Origin: a virus
Taxonomy: Duplodnaviria > Caudoviricetes
Virus record (IMG/VR): IMGVR_UViG_3300048852_000102
Coordinates: 1 to 41,313 of that record
DNA length: 41,313 nt
Reading direction: 5' to 3' (one strand)
A program made the position numbers and the translations under genes. Shown in pieces: positions 8,627-18,099 of the stretch. The notes below the pieces were generated by a model. It was not told where the DNA came from, ran no database searches, and worked only from the letters and a program-made list of their open reading frames with translations. Position 1 is the stretch's first letter; each line of letters opens with the position of its first letter.

Positions 8627-9958
8627 TCAGGCATGAGCGACCGGTAGCTCGCCAACCTGCGTCGTGTAGCGCGGCGTGCGCATCTCGAACTTCGTCGTCC
8701 AGGCACGCCGCTGCTGCGCCAAGCCGGCCCGTGCCGCCACGACGCTGCCGCGGCCGAAGCGGGCATTGCAGACGTCCAGCGCGCCCATGAGCCGCGTCGA
8801 CCGCTCCCGGTCCAGCCGACCGATCAGCGCCCGCTGCGAGGCTGCCAGCGGCACGAGATCGACCGTCACCACGCCAGCCTTCGAGTAGCGCCATGGCGGA
8901 CTGCCCTGCTCGCGCCAGGTGCGGGCCACGCCGTGCAGCGCCGCCGGGATCAACGCCAGCGTGTCGTTGGTCGCCTCCGGCAGCGTCACCACCGTTGAGA
9001 CCGAGCGCATCGGCTCGCCGCGGTCGTGCTCACTCGTGTGGTAGAAGACGGTGATGTGATCGGTGCCGAGGCCTTCCCGCCGCAGCTTCTCGCCGAGCCG
9101 CGTTGCGTGAGCGGCCACCGCCTGCTCCAGTTCGGCCCGCTCCGTCACCCGGCCGGAGAACGAACGTGTCACCGCGCATCCCTTGCGCCGCGCCGGCACG
9201 AGCTCAAGCCCGAGGCAGGACACGCCCCGCAGTTCGTGGATCATCCGCTCGCCGACCACCGTCAGCGCCTTGCGCACAGGCCGCGGATCGATGTCACGAA
9301 GATCTGCCACTGTGTCGATGCCCATGGCCTCGAGCTTCGGCAGCGAGGCGCGGCCGACGCCCCAGAGCTCGCCGACGTGGGTCCGGCAGAGCCAGTGATC
9401 GTAAGCCGCCGGCTCAGTCAGATCGCAGACGCCGTCGAGTTCGGGCACCGTCTTGGCGATGTGGTTGGCGAGCTTGGCGAGCGTCTTCGTCGGGCCGATG
9501 CCGACGCAGGTCGGGATGCCGGTCCAGGCTCGCACCGTGGCGCGGATGTCCCTGGCGAGCGCGACGCGGTCGCGGCGCACGAAGCCGGTCAGGTCCAGGA
9601 AGCTCTCGTCGATCGAGTAGACCTCCACGTCGGGCGTGGCGTCGCGGTAGATCGCGTTGATGCGGGCCGACATGTCACCGTAGAGGGTATAGTTCGAGGA
9701 GAACACGCGCACGCCTTGGCGCTCGCAGAGACCGCGGATCTTGAAGTAGGGGTCACCCATCTTGATCCCGAGCGCCTTGGCCTCGGGCGTCCGTGCGATC
9801 GCGCAGCCGTCGTTGTTCGAGAGCACGATCACCGGCACGCGAGCGAGTTTCGCGTCGAACACGCGCTCGCACGAGCAGTAGAAGCTGTTGCCGTCGATCA
9901 GCGCGAGAGCGCGGCCACCGCCAATCCGGTCGCGCCGGCGGACCTCGGCGCCACTCAT
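8627..9958 (-). CDS. umuC: Y-family DNA polymerase UmuC
   Basis: [46 protein letters not shown]-terminal TPRYTT; ATG at 9958 overlaps the umuD stop. Confidence 0.93.
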   Translation of the reverse strand: MSGAEVRRRDRIGGGRALALIDGNSFYCSCERVFDAKLARVPVIVLSNNDGCAIARTPEAKALGIKMGDPYFKIRGLCERQGVRVFSSNYTLYGDMSARINAIYRDATPDVEVYSIDESFLDLTGFVRRDRVALARDIRATVRAWTGIPTCVGIGPTKTLAKLANHIAKTVPELDGVCDLTEPAAYDHWLCRTHVGELWGVGRASLPKLEAMGIDTVADLRDIDPRPVRKALTVVGERMIHELRGVSCLGLELVPARRKGCAVTRSFSGRVTERAELEQAVAAHATRLGEKLRREGLGTDHITVFYHTSEHDRGEPMRSVSTVVTLPEATNDTLALIPAALHGVARTWREQGSPPWRYSKAGVVTVDLVPLAASQRALIGRLDRERSTRLMGALDVCNARFGRGSVVAARAGLAQQRRAWTTKFEMRTPRYTTQVGELPVAHA

Positions 9959-10422
9959 CGGCCTTGGCCGGCGCGAGCGACATGCCAGCGGATGGTGAAG
10001 CGCACCACGCCCCACACGTTTACCACAGCCAGCTCCTCGAGTGCGAAGACAGGCAGCTCAGCATTGTCGAACGAGAGGTGCGCGCGGTTGCCCTCGACGA
10101 CCATGCGCTTGATCGACATCTCACCGTCGACCGCCGCCACCACCACGCTGCCGTGGCCGGGCTTCAAGCTGCGATCGACGCAGGCGAGATCGCCGTCGAA
10201 GATGCCGGCATCGCGCATCGAATCGCCTGCGATGCGCCAGAGGAAGGTGGCCGGCGGGTTCGGCACGAGCCAGCGCGGGAGTTCCAGCGCGCCTTCTAGG
10301 AAGTCGTCGGCAGGGGAGGGGAAGCCTGCACAGAGGGCTTGACCCATCAGCGGCACACGAACTGTGGAAAAACCTTCCTTCGGTAGCTCTGCGACCGTGT
10401 GCAGCCTCACCCGAGCCCCCAT
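9955..10422 (-). CDS. umuD: UmuD / S24 peptidase
   Basis: AGFPSPA cleavage site, GDSM (Ser), IKR (Lys), WGVV. Confidence 0.92.
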   Translation of the reverse strand: MGARVRLHTVAELPKEGFSTVRVPLMGQALCAGFPSPADDFLEGALELPRWLVPNPPATFLWRIAGDSMRDAGIFDGDLACVDRSLKPGHGSVVVAAVDGEMSIKRMVVEGNRAHLSFDNAELPVFALEELAVVNVWGVVRFTIRWHVARAGQGR

Positions 10423-10430
10423 CTGCGTTA

Positions 10431-10445
10431 GAACAGAGAGAGAAC
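10431..10445. promoter_or_regulatory. Alphaproteobacterial LexA (SOS) box
   Basis: GAAC-AGAGAGA-GAAC (GAAC-N7-GAAC) directly upstream of umuD. Confidence 0.85.
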
Positions 10446-10540
10446 AAATAGCAGGTACGGCGCCGGTTCAATCGACTCGATGCGCCAAGCGCTAACGGCG
10501 GTGTGCGCCTGTGGATAACGGGGACAGAGGGGTGATGACG

Positions 10541-10801
10541 ATGTCGCAGGAGCGCTGCCACTTCCACTGCACGGACGGCCTCGATGCCGTCTTCGATCTG
10601 CGGGGGCGAACCGTCGCTGAGTGCGATCTACGCCCGGTCTGTGCGAGCGTTGCGGCCGAGCTGATGCAGGGGTGTGCCGCCCCGGTGGACTGGTCAGCCT
10701 GGATCGTCGACGTGCACGACGCCTACGGTCAGCACGTGTTGACGTTCGGCTTCGACGAGATCGCGAACGAGATCGGCATCCGGCCGGCGCTGGCAGCCTG
10801 A
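10541..10801 (+). CDS. DUF6894-like small protein
   Basis: RCHFHCTDG...DWSAWIVDVHD..G..VL pattern; GAGGGG RBS. Confidence 0.65.
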   Translation: MSQERCHFHCTDGLDAVFDLRGRTVAECDLRPVCASVAAELMQGCAAPVDWSAWIVDVHDAYGQHVLTFGFDEIANEIGIRPALAA

Positions 10802-10811
10802 GGAGAGCACC

Positions 10812-11066
10812 ATGGCCATGAAGACGACGTTCCTGGTCCAAACCTTCGTGCTCAAGCGGAAGCGGCTGATTCCTGGCGATCGGCAGGTCTCGACGACGAG
10901 CAGTGCGGCGCTGAAACGAGCCGAGGCCATGGCCGCCCGCATGCCCGGCACGGCCGCACTGCAGATCGTGGCCGACGACGAGACGGGCGAGCTGGAGAGC
11001 GCAACGATTCTCGGGCAGTTCGGTGATGTGCCGGACGATTTCGCCGAGAGACTGCAGGCTGCGTGA
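10812..11066 (+). CDS. Hypothetical protein, 84 aa
   Basis: GAGGAG RBS; DDETGE..ILGQFGDVP. Confidence 0.7.
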   Translation: MAMKTTFLVQTFVLKRKRLIPGDRQVSTTSSAALKRAEAMAARMPGTAALQIVADDETGELESATILGQFGDVPDDFAERLQAA

Positions 11067-11281
11067 CCATGCGCACCATCGTCGAGATCGACAACGTCAG
11101 TGCCGCGGCGATCAGCAGAGGCGGGAAAGATCTGACCGACCTGCTGGCCCGCGCGCTCATGACCGGAAGCGATGCGTCTTGGGATAAGCTGCGACCCTAC
11201 GGGATCCAGCGCGTCGCGGAGCGTCACCCGACTGAGCCGGCGAAGGTCGTCGTCGGCGAGCGCGAAATTGCTGTCCGGTAG
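11063..11281 (+). CDS. Hypothetical protein, 72 aa
   Basis: GTGA overlap with the previous gene. Confidence 0.6.
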   Translation: MTMRTIVEIDNVSAAAISRGGKDLTDLLARALMTGSDASWDKLRPYGIQRVAERHPTEPAKVVVGEREIAVR

Positions 11282-11285
11282 GCCG

Positions 11286-11477
11286 ATGAGCGAGACCACC
11301 GAACGATCCGCCGCCGAGATGCGCGGCCTGCTCCGGTTCGGGCAGGGCCTCGGCCTGGATGAGGCGACCGTGCGGGAGATCTACGAGGCCGTCGGGCGTG
11401 AGGCCATGGTGACAGGCGCCAGTGATGACGAGTGCATGGCTGAAATCCGGAAGCGGATGCTCCTGGCGGTTGCTTGA
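11286..11477 (+). CDS. Hypothetical protein, 63 aa
   Basis: MSETTERSAAEMRGLLRF...; a split second copy exists at 12083-12544. Confidence 0.65.
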   Translation: MSETTERSAAEMRGLLRFGQGLGLDEATVREIYEAVGREAMVTGASDDECMAEIRKRMLLAVA

Positions 11478-11644
11478 TACGAGACCTCGCCGAGCATGAC
11501 CGGCGGAAGCTCTACAAGAGCGGGTTCAGGTACTGACGCCCGTCTAGCTCCCGCAACGAAAATCCTCACGTGGGAGTTGCTAAGGCCCCTCGGTTAGCTC
11601 GGTCACAAGCCTGGCCGGCCGCTCTCTGATACAGGGCCTGAGGC

Positions 11645-12049
11645 ATGGACACCCCAAACGCACGACCAAAGCGTGCGACCGATCTGGACCGTCTTGTTGG
11701 AGAGCGCATCCAGGTGCTGCGCAAGTCTAAGGGTCTTACGCAGACCGCGCTCGGTCAGGCCATCGGCGTGACGTTCCAGCAGGTCCAGAAGTACGAGAAC
11801 GGCATGAACCGCGTCGGCGCTAGCCGTCTGAGCGACATCGCTCGCGTGCTCGAAGTGCGAGTCTCGTCCTTCTACGATGGAGACGAGGGCGGAGGTGGGG
11901 AACGGGCGGAGGTATTTGGTTTTCTGCGCACTCATGGGGCCATCGATCTCCTGCGCGCCTTCAGCGAGATCGAGGATGATCAACTGCGCCGCGAGGTTCT
12001 GGCGATTGTGCGCACGGCTGCTCGCGTCGAGCAGCTGCGGGACAGCTAA
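11645..12049 (+). CDS. XRE-family HTH transcriptional regulator
   Basis: VGERIQVLR..GLTQTALGQAIGVTFQQVQKYENGMNRVGASRL. Confidence 0.92.
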   Translation: MDTPNARPKRATDLDRLVGERIQVLRKSKGLTQTALGQAIGVTFQQVQKYENGMNRVGASRLSDIARVLEVRVSSFYDGDEGGGGERAEVFGFLRTHGAIDLLRAFSEIEDDQLRREVLAIVRTAARVEQLRDS

Positions 12050-12227
12050 CTGACTGCCTTGCAGGCCCAGCTGGCCCGTCCAACCGTTCGGGAGATCTAC
12101 GACGCCGTCGGGCGAGAGGCTGCGGCGGAGGTCCGAGCACCCAGAAGCCTAATTTGGTGCCCCTCGACGGCCGGTCGTGCGCATCTTCACCCTGGCGTAT
12201 GCTCGATCGATGCAGAACGAGGCTCCC

Positions 12228-12443
12228 ATGCGTGAACTCTACGCCAGCCCGAACGGTGACCGCTGGTACCTCGTCGTTGATGAGGCTTCAGGGCACACCT
12301 TCGTTCGACACGCGAGCAACGAAGCATCAGGCGGAAACGTCGCCATCATTCCTCTTTCGGCCTTCCTAGCCGACTGGCGCAGCGGTCCAGAGCATCAGGA
12401 GATCTGGGCGCTTCTTCGACGCATTGTCGAAGAGGCCGTTTGA
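12228..12443 (+). CDS. Conserved hypothetical protein
   Basis: ELYASPNGDRWYL..VRH..N..SGG..FL..GPEHQ motif; GAGG RBS. Confidence 0.7.
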   Translation: MRELYASPNGDRWYLVVDEASGHTFVRHASNEASGGNVAIIPLSAFLADWRSGPEHQEIWALLRRIVEEAV

Positions 12444-12540
12444 GAAGCTGCTGCGGTCGCCGGCCGAGAGGCTATGGCGCCAGCGACGACACCCGCATGG
12501 CCGAGGTGCGGAAGCGGATGCTCGAGGCGGCGCGGGGTTC

Positions 12541-13008
12541 CTAGAAAGGTAAAGCCCGTGCCGACACCCAAAATCCGCGGACGGCTGCCCCAAAGGATGT
12601 TGAGATTGAGAGAAGGCTTGCTAGGTGGAAGCCGTACGCAACCCAAAGCCACCACTTGAACGCCGAAGTATCTTGTGTGTATGGGTATTCCCAATTATTG
12701 ATGTAGCATCTATTGGTGTTTGCGTAACAAAACTGTGCTAGGTATGCGAATGCTGTTGCTATAGCTCCAGCTAAAAGTCCGCCCGCGAACCAATAGAACG
12801 CCTCTCCCAAACCGGGCTGAGTCTGAATGCCCTTTTGCCCCACAAAGGCGAGCAACGCGCCGGCAGTTCCACCGTTGACAAGTATTGCGCTCTTGAGGGC
12901 TTCCACCGCAAATGTAATAACAAACGGCTCGCTGGCTAAAGCAGCCTTGTGTCGTGCTTCATGGACAAGTTTTGCGCTTGCTTCGTTCCTATCGTTTTCG
13001 GCCGCCAT
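12541..13008 (-). CDS. AT-rich membrane protein (~3 TM)
   Basis: GGA-containing RBS upstream of ATG 13008; LKSAILVNGGTAGALLAF and two further hydrophobic segments. Confidence 0.7.
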   Translation of the reverse strand: MAAENDRNEASAKLVHEARHKAALASEPFVITFAVEALKSAILVNGGTAGALLAFVGQKGIQTQPGLGEAFYWFAGGLLAGAIATAFAYLAQFCYANTNRCYINNWEYPYTQDTSAFKWWLWVAYGFHLASLLSISTSFGAAVRGFWVSARALPF

Positions 13009-13085
13009 CCTTGACTCCAGGGCAACGCAAATTGATTTCCTAGAAGGCAAGCTATGGCGTTGGCAGCGCTGAGCAACGATGCGCA

Positions 13086-13118
13086 CGAAAAACCCCGCCG
13101 CGGGTGAGCCGGGCGGGG
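13086..13118 (-). terminator. Intrinsic terminator
   Basis: CCCCGCC..GGCGGGG followed by TTTTT on the minus strand, downstream of 13144-13431. Confidence 0.7.
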
Positions 13119-13143
13119 CTGCAAACGTTGGGTGGTATAGAGC

Positions 13144-13431
13144 TTAGTTGCCGGGGCCACTCCCACTGCCGCCGCCGCCACTGCCCTGGGGCACAGCTCG
13201 TTCGGGTTGATTGGCGTTGCCGCCGGCCGCGGAGTTGTTGGTGATGGTGTCCGCGCCCGTGGCGCCCCGAGAAATCGTGACGCCTCTGTCGCGCCCGCCG
13301 GTTACGCTACCATCGTCCGTAACGATGGTTCCCGATTCGGATCGTGTCTGCGCACCCGCGGAGGTCGTGAGAGAGGCAAAGCCTGCGACCGCCAGCGCTA
13401 GTCCGCAGGTGACGGTGAGAACGGTTTTCAT
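13144..13431 (-). CDS. Small secreted Gly/Ser-rich protein
   Basis: Signal peptide MKTVLTVTCGLALAVAGFASLTTSAGA; NSAAGGNANQPER. Confidence 0.7.
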   Translation of the reverse strand: MKTVLTVTCGLALAVAGFASLTTSAGAQTRSESGTIVTDDGSVTGGRDRGVTISRGATGADTITNNSAAGGNANQPERAVPQGSGGGGSGSGPGN

Positions 13432-13690
13432 AATCGATCCTAAAGTTACTTGTGCGAACAACCCGCAGAGGTGATGTCGTATCCAGGCATGCGACGAAGG
13501 CGACAGCGGGCGAAGTTGAAGCCAAATGCGCCAGCGTCTAGCTGACTGACAATTCCTTCCCCTTTGGCCCCACAATCCGGGCGGCGATTCTGTCAATACA
13601 TGGCCTCCGCTCCACCTACTCCGCGGTTCTCGCGCGAACGTCGCAATCGGGCCGCTTCGAGGATGGCCTCGCCCGTGCTACCGTCCCGTT

Positions 13691-13876
13691 ATGTCCGGTT
13701 ACCGCCGTCTCGTTGACCCCGCTGTTCTCACGCTGATCGTGTCCCTGGTCGTAGGAAGCCTCTGGCTGAGCACCCACCAACACGATAGCGACTTCGGTGC
13801 CGGGTTCGTCCTCGGGTTGATTGCCGGCGGCTCACTGGCCTTCATGGTGCTCGGATCGCGACGGGAGTGCAGTTAA
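13691..13876 (+). CDS. Small two-TM membrane protein
   Basis: Two hydrophobic helices in 61 aa. Confidence 0.45.
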   Translation: MSGYRRLVDPAVLTLIVSLVVGSLWLSTHQHDSDFGAGFVLGLIAGGSLAFMVLGSRRECS

Positions 13877-14121
13877 TGCCCCGCTTCTCGGTCTTCTTCT
13901 GCGCCGCGCTTTTCCTGCTCACCGTCTATCTCGTGTGGTCGCATTTTCACGATGGTGAACCGGCGGAATGGAGAGGGTCGGTTGTCGAACGGCAGAGTCG
14001 CTAAGCGGTAATTAGCGACGCTAAAACGAAGCGAGCGGCGCGAGCCGGGAGAAGCTCCGCCTTGGTCCGTCTGCGAGGAGCCGCATCGAGATCGAAACTG
14101 CGCCGTAGAGAGCGGGGTTGG

Positions 14122-14502
14122 TTGGGCAACGGCCGACATCCATCTCCGCCTTCACCCGTCGTACTCGTCGTTGAGGATGAAGCTCTCCTACGCATGCTCG
14201 CCACAGACTTCCTAGAGGATGAGGGCTTCACCGTGCTTGAGGCAGCCGCGGCTGAGGAGGCCCTGCCGATCGTGGAGAGCCGCAGCGACATCGGCGTGCC
14301 GTTCACGGACGTGAATATGCCGGGAAAGATGGACGGCTTGACCTTGGCCACCCACGTTGCGGAGCGCTGGCCACACATCCGACTCGTGGTCACCTCGGGT
14401 CGACAGGGACTTACCAACGAAGAACTCCCCGATGCCGGGCAGTTCGTAGAGAAGCCCTACCGACAGCGCCAGCTAGTGGATGCCATAGCTCACGCGGCCT
14501 GA
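14122..14502 (+). CDS. Single-domain response regulator receiver
   Basis: VLVVEDE, FTDVNMPG, VTSG, EKPY; start (TTG 14122) uncertain. Confidence 0.88.
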   Translation: MGNGRHPSPPSPVVLVVEDEALLRMLATDFLEDEGFTVLEAAAAEEALPIVESRSDIGVPFTDVNMPGKMDGLTLATHVAERWPHIRLVVTSGRQGLTNEELPDAGQFVEKPYRQRQLVDAIAHAA

Positions 14503-14517
14503 GCAAAATACCGAGAG

Positions 14518-14787
14518 CTACACCAAAGCGTCTTCGGCGGCATTCGCCTCAACGGTCCACTCGACGGAGACGGAAACGGAGACCTGAGCCGTCATGATCC
14601 GCCTTCCGGCTTCGTCGCGCACTTGTGCTCGGAGATGGGAGGACGGTCGAGTCGTCGCCTCCTCTGCGGCCATAGCGACTAAGGAGCGGTGGACCAAAGC
14701 ACGGGCAGCAGCCTCGCTGGGCAGATCGTGCCCGTCTTCATCAACCGTCGCGCTACCATCAAACGTGTCGATGTAAAAACGAGGCAT
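14518..14787 (-). CDS. DUF6894-like protein
   Basis: MPRFYID..DG...DEDGHDLP..AAAR...VRDEAGR. Confidence 0.75.
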   Translation of the reverse strand: MPRFYIDTFDGSATVDEDGHDLPSEAAARALVHRSLVAMAAEEATTRPSSHLRAQVRDEAGRRIMTAQVSVSVSVEWTVEANAAEDALV

Positions 14788-14959
14788 TGCGTACCTACCT
14801 GATGAAAAGCGAGAGCCCTTCCGTGATGTGCTTGGAAATCGCCGAGCGGAACGAATTGTTCAATGAAATAGATTAAGCCCTGCTTTGATATTTGTTGCGA
14901 GTCAAGAATATATTCAAATTGTTTGCCATTGGGTTTCGCAAAATCAGTCACGGTCGAGA

Positions 14960-15022
14960 CGAAAAACCCCGCACCGGCTGGGCCGGGCGGGGTGAAGTCG
15001 ATGGGGATCAGAAGTCAACGGC
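14960..15022 (-). ncRNA. Candidate ~60-nt sRNA
   Basis: Lies between a GGAAC-N16-CGTT promoter and a terminator at 14960-14992, with no convincing ORF. Confidence 0.45.
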
Positions 15023-15027
15023 CGGCG

Positions 15028-15052
15028 AACGCCCTTCGAACGCGTGGGTTCC
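15028..15052 (-). promoter_or_regulatory. Sigma-EcfG (general stress) type promoter
   Basis: Minus strand GGAAC-CCACGCGTTCGAAGGG-CGTT, matching the consensus. Confidence 0.65.
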
Positions 15053-15130
15053 GAATTATCGTTCGAGCGGCGACCCACTGCGCTCCACGCACGGCGCCTG
15101 CACCACCTCCTCCGGCGTCTCCCGCGCACG

Positions 15131-15161
15131 AAAAAAGCCCCGAGGCCGAAGCCCCGGGGGC
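15131..15161 (-). terminator. Terminator closing the lysis operon
   Basis: GC-rich hairpin followed by TTTTTT on the minus strand, just after 15191. Confidence 0.75.
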
Positions 15162-15190
15162 GATGCGTTGCCGGATAATAGCGGCCAGGA

Positions 15191-15547
15191 TCAGGGGGGC
15201 GAGCGCCCCGTGATCGCTTTGAGCATGGTCTGACGCGTCTCCTTCATCTCGTCGCGCACAGAAGATACAAGGTCGTCGATCCGTCGCTCGAGCCGGGTGA
15301 TGACATCACCGGTCACGTAGGTTCGGGCGACTTCGACCTTGAAGTTGTGCAGGGCCTCGTTCTGCGCCGCGACCTGGATCTTCACGGCCGCCATGTCGAT
15401 GGTCAGCGGTGAGACGGCCGCAGCGGTCCCGCCCTTCACCTTGCTGGTGAGCCAATCGACGCCCTTCAGGAGCGTGACGACGAACAGGGCGAACGCGATC
15501 ACTTGCACCCAGGTGATCGGGCCGGGCGCGAGGAACGAGGTGTCCAT
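15191..15547 (-). CDS. Lysis-region membrane/coiled-coil protein (holin-like)
   Basis: One TM then a coiled coil (RLERRIDDL); last gene of the lysis cluster. Confidence 0.6.
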   Translation of the reverse strand: MDTSFLAPGPITWVQVIAFALFVVTLLKGVDWLTSKVKGGTAAAVSPLTIDMAAVKIQVAAQNEALHNFKVEVARTYVTGDVITRLERRIDDLVSSVRDEMKETRQTMLKAITGRSPP

Positions 15548-15551
15548 AGGA

Positions 15552-15968
15552 TCAGACCTTCAGCAGGCGGGCGGCACCGGCACGGGCCAACGTCGTGAGC
15601 GGCGAGGAGACGAAAAAGGCCGTCAGGATGGTGGCCTCAATCGCCACGTACTCGGTCGGCAGCGGCTCGATGGGCCAGCCGAGGGCGAAGGTCTTCGAGA
15701 AGCAGATCGCCCCGAAGTGGACGGCCGGCGGAATGCCGATGCCGTAGATCAGCCCCTTGAAGGCGGGCGCGATCGCCGCCTTCGCCTGATTGGCCGCCAT
15801 CTCGGCCTGCACGACCTGCACCGCGACGTCGCGCTGCGTGTTCTGGCCGTTCTCCATCCCCTTGAGGATGGGGGTCAGCACCGAGTTGCCGAACACCTTG
15901 ATCAGGCCGGAGCCGACGGCGCCGAGCGCGGAGCCGATCGGGTTCGAGAGCCAGCCGAGGAGGCTCAT
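15552..15968 (-). CDS. Putative holin
   Basis: MSLLGWLSNPIG...; hydrophobic segments; downstream of the endolysin; ATGA overlap. Confidence 0.6.
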   Translation of the reverse strand: MSLLGWLSNPIGSALGAVGSGLIKVFGNSVLTPILKGMENGQNTQRDVAVQVVQAEMAANQAKAAIAPAFKGLIYGIGIPPAVHFGAICFSKTFALGWPIEPLPTEYVAIEATILTAFFVSSPLTTLARAGAARLLKV

Positions 15969-16231
15969 CGCGGCGGCTCCCGCGCCGGCAGGGCCGCGAG
16001 CTTCGTCGCGTAGGCGCGGGCGGCGAGCCGAGCCACCGCGAGGAAGGTCGCCACCTTCGCGCCCGGCAGCCACTCCGGCAGCAGCGGCGCGAGATCGACG
16101 CCCGGCAGCGCATCGAGGATGTCGGGCAGCGCCATGACGCCCGCAAGCAGGTAGACGCGCCAGCCCGAGGCCGCGCGCCAGCAGCGGCGCAGGCCCAGGC
16201 GGGCCCGCGCGAGGAAGGGGCGAGGCGTCAT
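15965..16231 (-). CDS. Lysis-region membrane protein
   Basis: GWRVYLLAGVMALPDILDAL, two hydrophobic segments. Confidence 0.55.
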   Translation of the reverse strand: MTPRPFLARARLGLRRCWRAASGWRVYLLAGVMALPDILDALPGVDLAPLLPEWLPGAKVATFLAVARLAARAYATKLAALPAREPPR

Positions 16232-16233
16232 GG

Positions 16234-16950
16234 TCAGCCTTTCCGGAACGCGGTGTGGATCAGGTCGTAGAGCCCGCCGAGGCCGGAGCGGACCGCGCCG
16301 CTCGTCGCCTGGAGCCCGGAGCGAACAAGCCCGCCAGAGGAGGCGGGCTGCGGGGCGGGCGAGGGCGGCGGAGTGGGGATCACCGAGTGCCCGGCCGCTC
16401 TCAGAGCATCGACCATGGAGCCGCACTGGCCCGCGATCAGATCGTCCTTGTCCGTGCCGTTGATGATGCGGCGGGCGCCGAGCGGCTCGTAGCGCCCACC
16501 GCCGAAGTAATCCGCCAGCTTCTTGCCGGTGAACCAGCCCTCGACCATGCCGTAGAAGAGGATCGCCGCCGCCACGTCGAGGCGCATCGCGAGCTTCGGC
16601 GTCTTCACCAGGTCCTCGTTGGCCCGCAGGTAGCCGAGCTGCCGGAGGCGCTGGGTCGCCTTGGCGTAGTTCTCCTCCCAGGTGAGCTGCACGAAGCCGC
16701 GGCCCCAGAAGCCGGTCGGCCCGTAGCTCTTTCCTTTGCCCCGGCCGTATTCCTCGATCGGCTGCATGGTGCGCGCCGTCTCGTGGAACGTGGTCGCCAG
16801 CGAGTAGCCGAGCGACGTGGTGCCGAGCAGGGACGGCGCGGCGTCGAAGATCGCGTCCATGCCTGCGACCTGCGAGGCCTTCAGGCGCCCGCCGAACAGG
16901 GATGCGCGCACGGCCGCATAGAAGGCGGCGCGGTTCAGGCTCGCGGCCAT
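16234..16950 (-). CDS. Endolysin, GH19 (chitinase-like) family
   Basis: LATTFHET, PIEEYG, GRGFVQLTW.ENY, ARRIING; GGAG RBS before ATG 16950. Confidence 0.85.
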   Translation of the reverse strand: MAASLNRAAFYAAVRASLFGGRLKASQVAGMDAIFDAAPSLLGTTSLGYSLATTFHETARTMQPIEEYGRGKGKSYGPTGFWGRGFVQLTWEENYAKATQRLRQLGYLRANEDLVKTPKLAMRLDVAAAILFYGMVEGWFTGKKLADYFGGGRYEPLGARRIINGTDKDDLIAGQCGSMVDALRAAGHSVIPTPPPSPAPQPASSGGLVRSGLQATSGAVRSGLGGLYDLIHTAFRKG

Positions 16951-17093
16951 CGTGGTCTCCAGATTGTGGGATGGACTAGTTCTTGACCGCGGCTTGATCC
17001 GGCGCCGTCGAGTGGGGCTGAAAGCTCGCCGGATCAGAGGCTTAGCGGGTGGACTAGATTTGACCGGGTTTTGACCGACTAGGCCGGCGAGGG

Positions 17094-17450
17094 TCAGAGG
17101 CGGGAGACGCGCACCCGGGCGAGCCCGCAATGCGTGATGCCGAGGGCGCGGGCCGCCCCGAGCGAGAGATCGATCAGCCGGCCGAGCCGGGGATGCGGCC
17201 CGCGGTCGTTGACCCGCACATCGACGTGGCGGCCGGTAGAAAGGTCGGTGACGCGCACCGGAGTGCCGAGCGGCAGCGTCCAGTGCGCGGCGCCGAGAGC
17301 CTCGGGGAGGAACCGCTTGCCGTCCGCGCGCCGAGAGCCGGCCTCGTGCCCGTAGAAGGACGCGGTGCCGGTCCAGTTGGCGCCGGCCGGCGTCACGCTG
17401 AGCACGAGGCAAGCGAGAGCGGCCCGCGCCGCGAGGCGTTACAGGAGCAT
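17094..17450 (-). pseudogene. rlpA: RlpA-like DPBB lytic transglycosylase with nonsense codon in the signal peptide
   Basis: [31 protein letters not shown]; ATG CTC CTG TAA at 17450-17439. Confidence 0.75.
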
Positions 17451-17511
17451 GGTGGGTCCAGGCATGAAGAAGCCGCCTAGGGGCGGCGAATCGGTTCCAG
17501 GCTTGAGGAGC

Positions 17512-17745
17512 CTACTTGGCCGGCTGCGGCGCAAGGGACTTCAACCTCGCCTCCGCGTCGTCGGCACGTTGCCTCTCGGCGACCAATTGAGCTCGCAGCG
17601 AATAGACCTGCATCAGGGCGCTCGCCTCACGCTGCTGCGCTTCGCCGACCATCTGCGCCAAGGCTTGCTGCGCAGGAGGGGGCGTCTCTTGAGCCAGTGC
17701 CGGTGCAGCGAGCACGATCGCAACGAGAACGAGGGGAAGACGCAT
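17512..17745 (-). CDS. Small secreted coiled-coil phage protein
   Basis: MRLPLVLVAIVLAAPALAQ signal peptide followed by a coiled coil. Confidence 0.65.
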   Translation of the reverse strand: MRLPLVLVAIVLAAPALAQETPPPAQQALAQMVGEAQQREASALMQVYSLRAQLVAERQRADDAEARLKSLAPQPAK

Positions 17746-17819
17746 TTCAGGATCTCTCAGGTTGGCAGTTTGCGGCAGCGCAGCTAAGGATGCTCCTCCC
17801 AACCAGGGAGCGGTCGGCT

Positions 17820-18071
17820 GTGTCGGTTCTCGAATTTCCTCGGGCGCGGCGGCGCGCGACTGTCGGGTCGGTGCCACCTTTCACCCGCCTGACGGCGACC
17901 CGGCCGGTCCAGGTTCGCGATGTGGATGGACGGGAAGTCACTCTGCCCGAGGGAACGCGATTGAGCGTGGAGAGCGCCAGCACCTTTGCGGTTACGGCAT
18001 TCTCGTCTCATGGGCCGATCTGGGTTCGGCTGGACGGCGCCGAGTTCGACGCGTTTGAAATCGACCTATAG
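17820..18071 (+). CDS. Hypothetical protein
   Basis: GTG start after GGGAG; MSVLEFPRARRR...; directly upstream of the FkbM gene. Confidence 0.45.
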   Translation: MSVLEFPRARRRATVGSVPPFTRLTATRPVQVRDVDGREVTLPEGTRLSVESASTFAVTAFSSHGPIWVRLDGAEFDAFEIDL

Positions 18072-18099
18072 CGCTGACAACAAAACTCAAGGGGCGTGA

